A DNA stretch of 64,000 nucleotides from an uncultured Verrucomicrobiae bacterium (GTDB lineage: Bacteria; Verrucomicrobiota; Verrucomicrobiia; Chthoniobacterales; UBA10450). Shown piece by piece: positions 1 through 9,264 of this stretch. The stretch's first letter is position 1; every line of letters starts with the position of its first letter. Location: contig CAVWPA010000002.1 of the NCBI GenBank assembly GCA_963756875.1, forward strand, positions 105,336 to 169,335, in the 5' to 3' direction. The position numbers and the translations under genes are program-made. The notes under the pieces are model-generated. The model saw only the letters and a list, made by a program, of their open reading frames with translations, did not search any database and had not been told where the DNA came from.

Positions 1-16
1 GTTACAGTTGAATCCC

Positions 17-104
17 GGAGGGGTGGCAGAGTGGTTGATCGCGCCGGTCTTGAAAACCGGAAGGCCGAAAGGCCTCGTGAGTTCGAATCTCACCCCCTCC
101 GCCA
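17..104 (+). tRNA. tRNA-Ser (anticodon TGA)
   Basis: Acceptor stem GGAGGGG/CCCCTCC plus GCCA end; anticodon arm CCGGT-CT-TGA-AA-ACCGG; long variable arm; GTTCGAATC T-loop. Confidence 0.97.
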
Positions 105-271
105 CTATCGATCGCACGCCTGCGAGCTGTGTCGGCCACTCCTGGTTGTGCGAGCAAGTGAAAATTCGACGTCGGACGAATCATGCGACGGTCATCCGCC
201 TTCGCGTGGCTCCGGCGCGACAAGTAGACCCCCCGCTACAGGAAAGAAGGATTCCACTCGACAGGCACGCA

Positions 272-285
272 TGTTCATATGAACT
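272..285. promoter_or_regulatory. Putative LexA (SOS) box, Verrucomicrobia type TGTTC-N4-GAACA
   Basis: TGTTC-ATAT-GAACT (one mismatch) lies 7 bp upstream of the ATG of a SplB-like radical SAM gene. Confidence 0.7.
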
Positions 286-292
286 TATTTGC

Positions 293-1438
293 ATGGTGAA
301 GCGGAAATTCGTGCCGATTGTTGAGGAAACGCCCCCGCCATCACCGGCGGTTCGCGGTCGAGGAGCGTCGTGGAGCCCAGCGAACCGATTTGAAAAACTT
401 CATGTCGATCTTGGCGATGTTGATGTCGTCCAGATCGATGGGGAGGACCCGTCTTCGCGCGGCTACGGCGTGTCAGGCGAACGGCCGGCTCGCCAAACAC
501 AATATTTTCGTGATGGCACGAAAACGATCATTACCCGCAACAACAGCCCGGACGTCGGATTCGAGACCAGCCTGAATCCATACCGGGGTTGCGAACACGG
601 CTGCATTTATTGTTACGCGCGGCCGACGCACGAGTATCTCGGCTTATCCGCCGGACTCGATTTCGAGAGCAAGATCATGGTGAAAACGAATGCTCCGGAA
701 CTGCTAAAGGCGGAACTGGAGTCGCCGCAGTGGCAGCCGCAAACGCTCGTGATGAGCGGCGTGACAGATCCCTATCAGCCGGTTGAAAGAAAATTGCGGA
801 TCACGCGGGGTTGCCTCGAAGTGTTGGCAAAATTTCGTAACCCGGTCGCGATCATCACCAAAAATCGCCTCGTAACGCGCGATATCGATCTCCTGCGCGA
901 GCTCGTAGATCATCATGCCACAGCGGTAAACATTTCGGTCACGTCGCTTGATCCGAAATTGCAGCGCGTCCTTGAACCGCGCACCTCTTCTCCCGATGCG
1001 CGACTGGATGCGATCAAGCAACTCCGGGACGCGCGCATTCCGGTCGGTGTCATGGTTGCGCCGATTATTCCCGGCCTGACTGATCACGAAGTTCCGAAAA
1101 TTCTTGATGCCTGCGCGAAAGCGGGCGCGCAGTTCGCCGGATACACGATTGTGCGTTTGCCCTGGGCCGTGGCGCCGCTGTTCGAGCATTGGCTCGAAGA
1201 ACATTTCCCTGATCGCAAAGAAAAGGTGCTCGGACGCATTCGGCACCTCCGCGGAAACGGCCGGCTCAACAATTCGAAATGGCACGCGCGCATGAAAGGC
1301 GAGGGGATCTTTGCGGAGCAAATCCGGTCTTTGTTCGAAGTCAGTTGCCATCGTTCCAGCATTGGTGCCCGGCCGACACTTTCGAACGCATCATTTCGCC
1401 GGACGAGAACACAGCTCGATCTCTTTGCAGGTGGTTAA
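293..1438 (+). CDS. PA0069/SplB-like radical SAM DNA-repair protein
   Basis: SLNPYRGCEHGCIYCYARPTH (CxxxCxxC), GVTDPYQP and LEPRTSSP motifs; start moved to ATG 293 because the longer ORF overlaps the tRNA. Confidence 0.9.
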   Translation: MVKRKFVPIVEETPPPSPAVRGRGASWSPANRFEKLHVDLGDVDVVQIDGEDPSSRGYGVSGERPARQTQYFRDGTKTIITRNNSPDVGFETSLNPYRGCEHGCIYCYARPTHEYLGLSAGLDFESKIMVKTNAPELLKAELESPQWQPQTLVMSGVTDPYQPVERKLRITRGCLEVLAKFRNPVAIITKNRLVTRDIDLLRELVDHHATAVNISVTSLDPKLQRVLEPRTSSPDARLDAIKQLRDARIPVGVMVAPIIPGLTDHEVPKILDACAKAGAQFAGYTIVRLPWAVAPLFEHWLEEHFPDRKEKVLGRIRHLRGNGRLNNSKWHARMKGEGIFAEQIRSLFEVSCHRSSIGARPTLSNASFRRTRTQLDLFAGG

Positions 1439-1455
1439 TCTGCTATGCGGAAAAT

Positions 1456-1511
1456 TGCAGGGCGTTTCTGTGAACCCCGAAAGCCTTCGGGGCTGACACA
1501 GACGCCCTACA
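1456..1511. repeat. Composite GTAG-type REP-like palindrome (GGGCGTCTGTG family) with central CCCCGAA...TTCGGGG hairpin
   Basis: Near-identical reverse-complement copy at 12811-12862; related arms at 41266-41290 and 46505-46529. Confidence 0.8.
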
Positions 1512-1524
1512 AAAGGCGATGATG

Positions 1525-2859
1525 CTACACCTCGCCTGGGTGTGGCTGCTTCGTTAGGCTGACCCGGCCAAAAATCGTCAGCATCAGCACTCCACCAATC
1601 AGACCGAATGGCGCCATGAAATAAAAATAATTGTTCCAGCTGCGGTCGAGAAGGGCGCCGAGGGCGATTCCCGCGAGGCTTCCGCCAAAGTATTGGAACG
1701 AATCGATTACGCCGGAAGCGAAGCCGGCCATTTTTGCGCCTCCAATGTCCATCGCTGCGGCTGTGCCCAGGATTGAGTGTGTGGAGTTGGCAGTCAGTGA
1801 AATCAGAACGAGAAACAAGACCGCGGCGTTGGCGCTGTGAAATTGCGCCGCACAAAGAATGATAATCGTTTCGAGAAAGTAAAGACCGGCGGCAACCGGC
1901 GCGCGCCGGCCTCTAAATATGGTATCCGAAATGTAACCAGACAGAAGCGAGCCGACTGACGCGACGAATGGAATCAAAAAGCCGAGGAATTGAAATTGTG
2001 CCGACTGAAAATCGACGTGATGCACTTCCTGCATGAATCGCGGAAACCATTGATCGATTCCCTGGCGTACTGCGCCGGTGCAGGCATATGCGCAGGCAAT
2101 GATCCAGATGACTGGATTGCTGACGATGATTTTAAAAACGTCGGACACTTTGGACCGGACCTGTCCGCGTGTTTCTTCGTGCGGATTTACCGGCGGGAAA
2201 TTCAGTTCCTCGGGCGTGTCCTTCACGATGAGCGCCATGCAGGTCCCAACGACCACGGCGATTCCTGCGGGGATCCAGAACAGCCAGCGCCAGTGAAGGG
2301 GCGGGATTCGAATGAGGCCAAGAAAAGTAAATCCGGCGAGCAATGCCGGACCGAGTTTAAAAATCCCGAAACGGCCGAGATTGATCATGAAGCCAAAGAT
2401 TCCTGCGAAACGCCCGCGTTCCGTATGACGAAACCAGGCGGCATTGATCTTGACCATGCCGGGCGCGCCAAAGGATTGCATGTAACCGTCGATTCCGCGG
2501 ATAACGACAAAGAGCCACAGCAAACCCCAAAAGGACGCGGCGCCGAAAAGAATGTTCATGACGACGGTCCCGACCGTGCCGATGAGCATTGCGCGCTTTC
2601 CGCCAAGCCGGTCCGTGAGCAATCCGTTAACGATTTGACCGCAGGCGTACGCAAACAGCGCGGTGGTGATGATCGCGCCCATCTGCTCTTTACTGAAACC
2701 GAACTGATTGCTGATGTTCTTGTTCGCCAGCGACAGGTTATACCGGCACATGTAGAACGACGTGTACAGCAGACCCACAAACGCCCAGTTCAATCCGCGG
2801 CGTGGCCGAAAGCCGGGCGGATGTGGAATGGAAACAGAAGCGCGCGTCGATTCGGGCAT
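1525..2859 (-). CDS. MFS transporter (OPA/GlpT-like)
   Basis: About 12 hydrophobic segments; GLLTDRLGGKR MFS motif A; WFRHTERGR. Confidence 0.85.
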   Translation of the reverse strand: MPESTRASVSIPHPPGFRPRRGLNWAFVGLLYTSFYMCRYNLSLANKNISNQFGFSKEQMGAIITTALFAYACGQIVNGLLTDRLGGKRAMLIGTVGTVVMNILFGAASFWGLLWLFVVIRGIDGYMQSFGAPGMVKINAAWFRHTERGRFAGIFGFMINLGRFGIFKLGPALLAGFTFLGLIRIPPLHWRWLFWIPAGIAVVVGTCMALIVKDTPEELNFPPVNPHEETRGQVRSKVSDVFKIIVSNPVIWIIACAYACTGAVRQGIDQWFPRFMQEVHHVDFQSAQFQFLGFLIPFVASVGSLLSGYISDTIFRGRRAPVAAGLYFLETIIILCAAQFHSANAAVLFLVLISLTANSTHSILGTAAAMDIGGAKMAGFASGVIDSFQYFGGSLAGIALGALLDRSWNNYFYFMAPFGLIGGVLMLTIFGRVSLTKQPHPGEV

Positions 2860-3001
2860 GGTTGAAGAGGATGCGTTAAAACCGCGAGTCGGCGCAATGG
2901 GAAATCAAAAGCGGCGGATTTCCAGAATGCTACCGCCGCTACAAAAGAGCTGTATGAACGCCATGCTCGTGTTCATTCGTGGTCGGCGATCGCCAAATGT
3001 C

Positions 3002-4366
3002 TCACCCGATGCAGATCGTCTTTGCGTTTACGAACTCGCGGATGCCATGGCCGCCGAGTTCTCTTCCAAAACCGGAGCGTTTGACTCCTCCAAACGGCAG
3101 TCTCGGATCGGACGCGACCATCGCATTGATGAAAACCATTCCGGTTTCAAGCTCAGACTCGAATAATTCTCGTTCGGCCGGGTCGTTTGTCCATGCGCTT
3201 GCTCCCAGACCAAAGCTGCTGTCGTTTGCTGCGGCCACCGCTTCGGCAGCGTTGCTCACGCGGAAAATAGATGCAACCGGGCCAAAAACCTCTTCCCGCC
3301 AGGCAGGCGCCGTTTTCGGAACGTCGACGAGCACGGTCGGTTCATAAAAAAATCCCGGGCCGTGAATCCGGTTTCCACCGGTCAGCAACTTCGCGCCGGC
3401 GGCAATCGATTTTTGAACCTGTTCGTTCAAACCGTTCAGGATCTGTTCCGTGGCAAGCGGCCCAATATCGGTCGCTTCGTCGAGCGGGTCGCCGACTTTC
3501 AGCCAGCGCATGCGCTCGACAAATTCGCGAACGAATCGGTCGTAAAGTTTGTCGGCGACAAGAAATCGCTTTGCAGCAATGCACGACTGACCGGTGTTGA
3601 GAGTGCGGGCCTTCACGGCGGTGGAGATGGCGTTCTCGAAATCCGCGCTCGGCATCACGATAAATGCGTCGCTGCCACCCAGTTCGAGAACAGCTTTCTT
3701 TATTTCGCGTCCAGCCACGCTGGCCACCGCGCTTCCTGCACGCTCGCTGCCGGTAAGGGTGACGGCTTTGATTCGTGGATCGACGAGTACCCCTTCCACT
3801 TGCTCCGCTTCGATCAACAAGGTTTGAAAAACGCCTTCCTCGAAACCGGCACGGCAAAAGATCTGTTCAATATCGAGCGCACACTGCGGAACATTCGCCG
3901 CATGTTTGAGCAATCCGACGTTTCCCGCCATCAAGGCAGGCACGGCGAACCGGAACACCTGCCAGAACGGAAAATTCCATGGCATGATTGCGAGGACCGG
4001 CCCGAGCGGCTCGTAGTGCACATAACTGCGGGCGGCGTCGGTTTGCACCGCTTCGTCCTCCAGAAATCGATCTGCGTTCTCCGCATAATAACGGCAGGCA
4101 CGCGCGCATTTTTCTACTTCTTCGACCGCTGCCCGAAGAAGTTTGCCCATTTCGAGCGTCATCGTGCGCGCAAACTTTTCCTTTTCCTGGTGCAACAATG
4201 CAGCTGTCGCCGTCATCAATTCCGCGCGCTCGGCGAACGGCTTTTTTCGATAGCGCGCAAATGCCTGCTCGGCACAATCGAGACGCTTGCCGATCTCCTT
4301 ATCGTCGAAGGTCGGAAATTTCTTCAGCGTTTTGCCGGTAGCTGGATTAATCGAAGCGATGGCCAT
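3002..4366 (-). CDS. NAD(P)-dependent succinate-semialdehyde dehydrogenase (ALDH family)
   Basis: IMPWNFPFWQ, LELGGSD, GQSCIAAKR, EEVFGPV, PFGGVKRSGFGRE. Confidence 0.9.
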   Translation of the reverse strand: MAIASINPATGKTLKKFPTFDDKEIGKRLDCAEQAFARYRKKPFAERAELMTATAALLHQEKEKFARTMTLEMGKLLRAAVEEVEKCARACRYYAENADRFLEDEAVQTDAARSYVHYEPLGPVLAIMPWNFPFWQVFRFAVPALMAGNVGLLKHAANVPQCALDIEQIFCRAGFEEGVFQTLLIEAEQVEGVLVDPRIKAVTLTGSERAGSAVASVAGREIKKAVLELGGSDAFIVMPSADFENAISTAVKARTLNTGQSCIAAKRFLVADKLYDRFVREFVERMRWLKVGDPLDEATDIGPLATEQILNGLNEQVQKSIAAGAKLLTGGNRIHGPGFFYEPTVLVDVPKTAPAWREEVFGPVASIFRVSNAAEAVAAANDSSFGLGASAWTNDPAERELFESELETGMVFINAMVASDPRLPFGGVKRSGFGRELGGHGIREFVNAKTICIG

Positions 4367-4372
4367 TTCTTA

Positions 4373-4434
4373 CTGTAGCGGCGCTCTATGACCGTCGCAT
4401 TTATTAGTCCGACGCTCATAGAGCGCCGCTACAG
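4373..4434. repeat. GTAG-type REP doublet (REPIN-like)
   Basis: 19-bp perfect inverted repeat CTGTAGCGGCGCTCTATGA...TCATAGAGCGCCGCTACAG; a single arm recurs at about 29329-29353; contains the stop codon of the ABC permease. Confidence 0.85.
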
Positions 4435-6075
4435 CCGAAGTCCTTTTGGAATCAAAACGCGGTCGAGAAGATCGAAAAGCCACTGAACCAGCAACGCCAG
4501 AAGCGCCGCTGGAATCGCGCCTTCCAGAATAGTGACGTGATCGTTCAGGTTCAGTCCGCTCAAGATCGGTTCGCCCAACCCGCCGGCGCCGATCAAGGCG
4601 GCGAGAGTGGCCGTGCCGATGCTGATTACCGCGCTGGTTTTGATTCCTGCCAGAATGGATCGCGAAGCGAGTGGCAAATAAATCTTTCGTAGACGCGCTC
4701 CCGGTCCCAGGCCAAGCGCGATCGCCGAGTCGCGAACCGGTTGAGCGATGTCCTGCAAGCCGCTGGCCGTGTTGCGCACGATCGGCAGAAGCCCGTAAAG
4801 AAAAAGCGCGACGATAGCAGTCCGCGTGCTGATTCCAAAAAACGGCAGCGGCACGAGCAACGCCAGCAACGCCAGCGCTGGAATCGTTTGCACCATCCCC
4901 GTAAAGCCGAGGATCACGTGGCCGACCGCGCCGCCGCGACTGGCGAAGATGCCGAGCGGAATTCCGATCAGCACCGACAGGAGGAGGGCGGCCCCGGCAA
5001 GTTCGAGGTGGCGCAAAGTCCAGCGCGCGAGTTTATGCCAAAATGTTTCGCCGAAAGCGGCTGTCTTTCCGGCAGCGGTTCCAAAATACAAGCTCGCCGC
5101 TCGCGAGTAATTTTTCGTTCGCTCGGCTTCCGCGTTCAATCGAATCATCCGTTGCTCATCGATTGTTCCCTCCAGTTTGTGCAGTACGTCGATCGCTGGC
5201 ATTGGAAGCGCGAGGCGATATAGAAACACGGCATCGTAACGCGGAAAAAACTTCAGATTATCCTCGAGCGTGACCAGATCGTATTCGGCAAGTTTGGCAT
5301 CGGTTGAGTAGGCGTCCTTTACATCAATAGAACCGCTCTTCAGCGCGGCATAACCAAGCGCGTGATCGATCCCGATTACGGTCTGCGGATGCAATTGATA
5401 ATCCTCCGCGAGCGGCCGCCAGCCGTCGTTTCGATCCAGAAATTCGTGCGTAAGCCCGAATCTGAGCTCGGGATGCGCCCGCAGGTCGCTGATGGTGTGA
5501 ATGCCAAGTTGCTGCGCCTGATTTCGCCGCATGACCAGCGCGTAGGTGTTGTTGAAGCCAAGCGGCTTTGTCATGCCCACGCCAAATTTTTGAAGCGCGT
5601 CGCGAATTTCGCGGTTCGACAACCGGTTATTCGTTTTCAAGATCTCCTGTGTGATCGTTCCCGTGTATTCGGGATAGGTGTCGATCTGTGCGCCGCGCAA
5701 CGCTTCCCAGAGAATGATCGTGCCGCCCATTCCTTGACGATGTTCCGCGGGAATACCGGCGTTGATAAGTGCGTGTTTCGCTACTTCTCCAAGCACGTAA
5801 GACTCAGTGAATTTTTTTGAGCCAATTGTAATGGGCTTCGCATGCGCGCTATGCAAACCGATCAGAAGATTTGCAACGATTAGCACGTGGTAACGAACAG
5901 ATCGACGGATGAGCGCGATTTCCGGGGAGCGCACGCTCCCTCGCGTGCGGCGCTTGGCGCCCTCGCCAGGCGCATACCCGGTGCGTGGCGTTACCGCGCA
6001 CGAGGTTTTCGGCGGGGGCGCCGAAAACGGCACGCGAGGCGCGCGCGCTCCCCGGAGCTCTCGCGTCGCCGTCAT
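4429..6075 (-). CDS. Betaine/ergothioneine-type ABC transporter, fused substrate-binding domain plus permease
   Basis: IGSKKFTESY, IDTYPEYTGT, GFNNTYAL (OpuAC/OsmF-like SBP) followed by a TM domain (TIPALALLAL, GAGGLG); start overlaps the ATPase stop (ATGA); start uncertain because a repeat follows it. Confidence 0.85.
   Translation of the reverse strand: MTATRELRGARAPRVPFSAPPPKTSCAVTPRTGYAPGEGAKRRTRGSVRSPEIALIRRSVRYHVLIVANLLIGLHSAHAKPITIGSKKFTESYVLGEVAKHALINAGIPAEHRQGMGGTIILWEALRGAQIDTYPEYTGTITQEILKTNNRLSNREIRDALQKFGVGMTKPLGFNNTYALVMRRNQAQQLGIHTISDLRAHPELRFGLTHEFLDRNDGWRPLAEDYQLHPQTVIGIDHALGYAALKSGSIDVKDAYSTDAKLAEYDLVTLEDNLKFFPRYDAVFLYRLALPMPAIDVLHKLEGTIDEQRMIRLNAEAERTKNYSRAASLYFGTAAGKTAAFGETFWHKLARWTLRHLELAGAALLLSVLIGIPLGIFASRGGAVGHVILGFTGMVQTIPALALLALLVPLPFFGISTRTAIVALFLYGLLPIVRNTASGLQDIAQPVRDSAIALGLGPGARLRKIYLPLASRSILAGIKTSAVISIGTATLAALIGAGGLGEPILSGLNLNDHVTILEGAIPAALLALLVQWLFDLLDRVLIPKGLRL
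5921..6056. repeat. GGGGAGCGCAC-family long inverted repeat element
   Basis: TCCGGGGAGCGCACGCTCCCTCGCGTGC...GCACGCGAGGCGCGCGCGCTCCCCGGA; related copies at about 48134-48177, 49828-49875 and 62892-62956. Confidence 0.8.
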
Positions 6076-6815
6076 ATGGTTACGATGCTGCGCTGCGCGT
6101 TGATGAATTCAGACACGAAAGCGTTCGCCGGCCTTTCGCGAAGGTCGGCAATCGAGCCTTGTTGCACGATCCGGCCTTCGTTCATCAGCACGATTCCATC
6201 GCCGAGATAAACGGCCTCGGCGAGATCGTGTGTGACCAGCAACGCCGTTTGCTGCAAGCGCGCGAAGATTTCTTTCAGGTCCTGTTGCAATGATGCGCGC
6301 ACAAGTGGATCGAGCGCGCCGAGAGGTTCGTCGAGCAGCAACAGTTCGGGCGAAAGCATGAGCGCGCGCATCAGACCGACGCGCTGGCGCTGGCCGCCGG
6401 AAAGTTCAACTGGATAACGCGCCAGCAAATTTTCGGAAAAGCGCGTTAATTCGCACAGTTCCGATAGACGTGGCTTGGTTTCATTTTCGGATTTCCCGAG
6501 GTGCCGCGCCAAAAGCAATATGTTGGCGTGCGCGGTCAGATGTGGAAACAGACCGCCTTCCTGAATGACGTATCCTATTCGGTGCCGCAACATTTCGACG
6601 TTTTCCTGTGTGATCTGAACGCCGTCGAAAGCGACAGTCCCGGTGTCGGGCGCGATTAATCGGATGATCAGCCTGAGGAGCGTCGACTTTCCGCAGCCAC
6701 TGGGGCCGATCAAGACGGTTGTCTTGCCACGCTCGACGGAAAGATTGGTCGGATGCAACGCAGGCTGATCCGCGTAGCGCTTCGAAACATCGGCAATTTC
6801 AACCAGGGGATTCAT
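6072..6815 (-). CDS. ABC transporter ATP-binding protein (OpuBA/ProV-like)
   Basis: Walker A GPSGCGKST; LSGGQRQR; LLLDEP; IGYVIQEGGLFPH. Confidence 0.92.
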   Translation of the reverse strand: MNPLVEIADVSKRYADQPALHPTNLSVERGKTTVLIGPSGCGKSTLLRLIIRLIAPDTGTVAFDGVQITQENVEMLRHRIGYVIQEGGLFPHLTAHANILLLARHLGKSENETKPRLSELCELTRFSENLLARYPVELSGGQRQRVGLMRALMLSPELLLLDEPLGALDPLVRASLQQDLKEIFARLQQTALLVTHDLAEAVYLGDGIVLMNEGRIVQQGSIADLRERPANAFVSEFINAQRSIVTI

Positions 6816-6820
6816 GGCGT

Positions 6821-6901
6821 TGTAGACGCTTTCCTCCGGGAAGCGCGAAGCTGTAGTATCAAGGACGCGCGGGTCGCGCCTCGCAGAGCGAAGCGGCTAC
6901 A
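6821..6901. repeat. Pair of inverted GTAG-led REP-like hairpins
   Basis: TGTAGACGCTTTCC-TCC-GGGAAGCG on + and TGTAGCCGCTTCGC-TCT-GCGAGGCG on -; the second supplies the egtD TAG. Confidence 0.6.
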
Positions 6902-7868
6902 GGGTTGTAAAATAAAAGACGCCAAACAAGCGTGAATCGTCGGTCCACAGTTTTTGAAAGTCGAATCCGGCACTGTGGGCAAGCGCCGCGAAGCTATCCG
7001 GCGTGTATTTGTAGGAATACTCGGTAAGAATTCTTTCGCCGGCTGCGAAATGAAATTTCCGGTCCTGGATATGGACCGCCTGGTCGTCGTTACTAACCAG
7101 ATAAATCTCGATCCGGCCCTCGCTCGAATTGTAAACGGCCGAATGGTGCCAATGTTTTAAGTCGAAATCCGCATCGAGCTCGCGGTTTGCGCGAGCAAGC
7201 AGATTTAGATTGAACTGCGCCGTCACACCGGCGCTGTCGTTGTAAGCGCTTTCCAGAACGTGTCTCTCCTTTTGCAGATCGACACCAATCAAAAGCCCGC
7301 CGCCGTGCCCGCAATGCTGGGCGACGCGCTTTAAAAACGCCGCCGCGGCCCCGAGCTCAAAGTTGCCGACGGTAGACCCTGGAAAGTAAACAACTTTGCG
7401 CGCGGGTTTTCGTGTCGGGGAAGGCAAATCGAATGGTTCCAGGTAATCGGCGCAAACGGGCAGAACTTCCAGGTCCGCAAACCTTTTCCGAAACCAGACG
7501 GTGGATTCTTCCAGTTGCTCCTTCGAAATATCCACCGGGATATAGGCGACCGGTTTCTCCAGCCCTTCAAGAAGCAGGCGGGTCTTTGTTCCTGCGCCAG
7601 TGCCGAGTCCGATTAGCTCCACGCCGCGGCCGAGCAGCGCTGAGATTTCATCAGAATAACGGTCGAGAATCTGCAACTCGGTCCGGGTTGGATAATATTC
7701 CGGCAGCTCGCAAATTTTTTGAAACAGGGCTGCGCCAGTGGCGTCGTAAAAATATTTGCACGGCAGGCTGCGGGGCCGGCTGAAAAGACCGTCAACGACT
7801 TCGGAAAGGAAATCCGATTTCGCCGGCTCGAGATCGAGAACAGCCGTTCGATTTAAGTTGCGGTTCAT
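6897..7868 (-). CDS. egtD: L-histidine N-alpha-methyltransferase
   Basis: LPCKYFYDATGAALFQKICELPEYYPTRTE, FPGSTVGNF, AYNDSAGVTAQFNLN, TEYSYKY; directly downstream of egtB. Confidence 0.93.
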   Translation of the reverse strand: MNRNLNRTAVLDLEPAKSDFLSEVVDGLFSRPRSLPCKYFYDATGAALFQKICELPEYYPTRTELQILDRYSDEISALLGRGVELIGLGTGAGTKTRLLLEGLEKPVAYIPVDISKEQLEESTVWFRKRFADLEVLPVCADYLEPFDLPSPTRKPARKVVYFPGSTVGNFELGAAAAFLKRVAQHCGHGGGLLIGVDLQKERHVLESAYNDSAGVTAQFNLNLLARANRELDADFDLKHWHHSAVYNSSEGRIEIYLVSNDDQAVHIQDRKFHFAAGERILTEYSYKYTPDSFAALAHSAGFDFQKLWTDDSRLFGVFYFTTL

Positions 7869-9244
7869 GCGACATCGTGTCCGAGCCGGATCCCGCTGAA
7901 TTGCCAGCGCTTGTCCGGTTGGAAGAAATTGCGATAGGTTTTACGGATGTGCGTGCGCGATGTTGCGCAGGAACCGCCGCGCAACACGTACTGATTGCAC
8001 ATAAACTTTCCATTGTATTCACCGAGCGCCCCCGGCGCCGCGCGATAACCGGGATAGGGCGAATAGGCGCTGCGGGTCCATTCCCAAACATCCCCAAAGA
8101 GCTGGTGCAGCTTGTTAGAGCCGGTTCCATGCGTGTTGTTTCCCTCACCTGGCGCTTTGCGTCCTCCTCTCCCTGAGGGAGAGGATTGAGGTGAGGGCGT
8201 GCCGGAACTGGCGGCCGGGTGGAACCGCTCGGTCTCGACGAAATTTCCATCAAGCGGAACGTTTGCGGCCGCGCGCTCCCATTCGAACTCGGTGGGAAGC
8301 CGCGCTTTCGCCCAATTGGCGTAGGCATCGGCTTCGAAATAACTCACGTGGGTGACAGGCTCGTTTTCGTCGACAGGACGAAATCCGGAGAGCGTGAAGT
8401 TCCACCAGGCGTCGTCGCGTTTCGTCCAATAAAGTGGCGCCTGCCAGCGCTGTTCGTTCACTGTCGTCCAGCCTAACGAAAGCCAAAATTCGGAACGCGC
8501 GTAGCCGTTGTCCTCGATGAACCGAAGAAACTCTCCGTTGGTCACGAGTCGCGGAGCAAGCGAGAAAGCCGGCACCAGGGCGCGATGACGGGGACCTTCG
8601 TTATCATAGGAAAATCCACGGCCGTCGTGACCGATCTCAAGCGTCGCTTCGTCGAACTCGACAAAGCTTACTGGCGAAACGTTACCAGATTCCTTGTCGA
8701 CATTGCGTTTGCGATAAACCGGATGAAGCGGGTTTTGCGCGAAGACATGCTTGATATCGGTGACCAGCAACTCCTGATGTTGCTGCTCATGATGGATGCC
8801 GAGAATGACAATCGGCTCGATTTCGCGGAACAGTTTTTCGTCTGCGCCGGAGAGAAGTTTATTAATGGACGAATCGACCGACGAACGGTAGCGCCGCGTT
8901 TCGTCGACCGTAGGTCGCGAGATCAACCCGCGAAGGTCGCGCCGGTGCATGTCACCGGCCGCATTATAATAGGAATTAAAAAGATAAGCGTACTCCGGAA
9001 CCTCCGGCTTATAGCCGGGCAGCCATTTTTTTAAGAGGAACGTTTCAAAGAACCAGGTGGTATGCGCGAGATGCCACTTCGTGGGGCTGACTTCCGGCAT
9101 CGATTGAACGACACAATCCTCCGGCGCCAGTCCCTGGCAGAGTTCTGTCGTAAGGTTTCGGACGTCATGAAATCGGTTGAGTAGAGACGGAAGGCGCGAC
9201 GAGGCGGCCGGCGAGCGCGACGGCGCGGCCGTTGCCTTTTCCAT
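7865..9244 (-). CDS. egtB: Ergothioneine biosynthesis sulfoxide synthase
   Basis: QSMPEVSPTKWHLAHTTWFFETF, HHEQQHQELL iron motif, FGE-sulfatase-like C-terminus (GDVWEWT, GEYNGKFM); start set at ATG 9244. Confidence 0.93.
   Translation of the reverse strand: MEKATAAPSRSPAASSRLPSLLNRFHDVRNLTTELCQGLAPEDCVVQSMPEVSPTKWHLAHTTWFFETFLLKKWLPGYKPEVPEYAYLFNSYYNAAGDMHRRDLRGLISRPTVDETRRYRSSVDSSINKLLSGADEKLFREIEPIVILGIHHEQQHQELLVTDIKHVFAQNPLHPVYRKRNVDKESGNVSPVSFVEFDEATLEIGHDGRGFSYDNEGPRHRALVPAFSLAPRLVTNGEFLRFIEDNGYARSEFWLSLGWTTVNEQRWQAPLYWTKRDDAWWNFTLSGFRPVDENEPVTHVSYFEADAYANWAKARLPTEFEWERAAANVPLDGNFVETERFHPAASSGTPSPQSSPSGRGGRKAPGEGNNTHGTGSNKLHQLFGDVWEWTRSAYSPYPGYRAAPGALGEYNGKFMCNQYVLRGGSCATSRTHIRKTYRNFFQPDKRWQFSGIRLGHDVA
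8142..8197. repeat. CCCTCACC...CTCTCCC/GGGAGAG...GGTGAGGG palindromic element inside egtB
   Basis: Nested hairpins; same family at 21639-21701. Confidence 0.8.
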
Positions 9245-9264
9245 TGTTGCAGCTCCCGTCGAAC

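Noticed and set aside
8..292. N-terminal extension of the 476-aa ORF
   Set aside because: It reads through the tRNA-Ser gene; family similarity starts after ATG 293
17..300. tRNA-Ser as a prophage or island integration site
   Set aside because: No integrase follows it, and I found no duplicated tRNA 3' end in the window
7865..9244. Selenoneine synthase SenA
   Set aside because: No senB or senC genes nearby; adjacency to egtD favours ordinary EgtB
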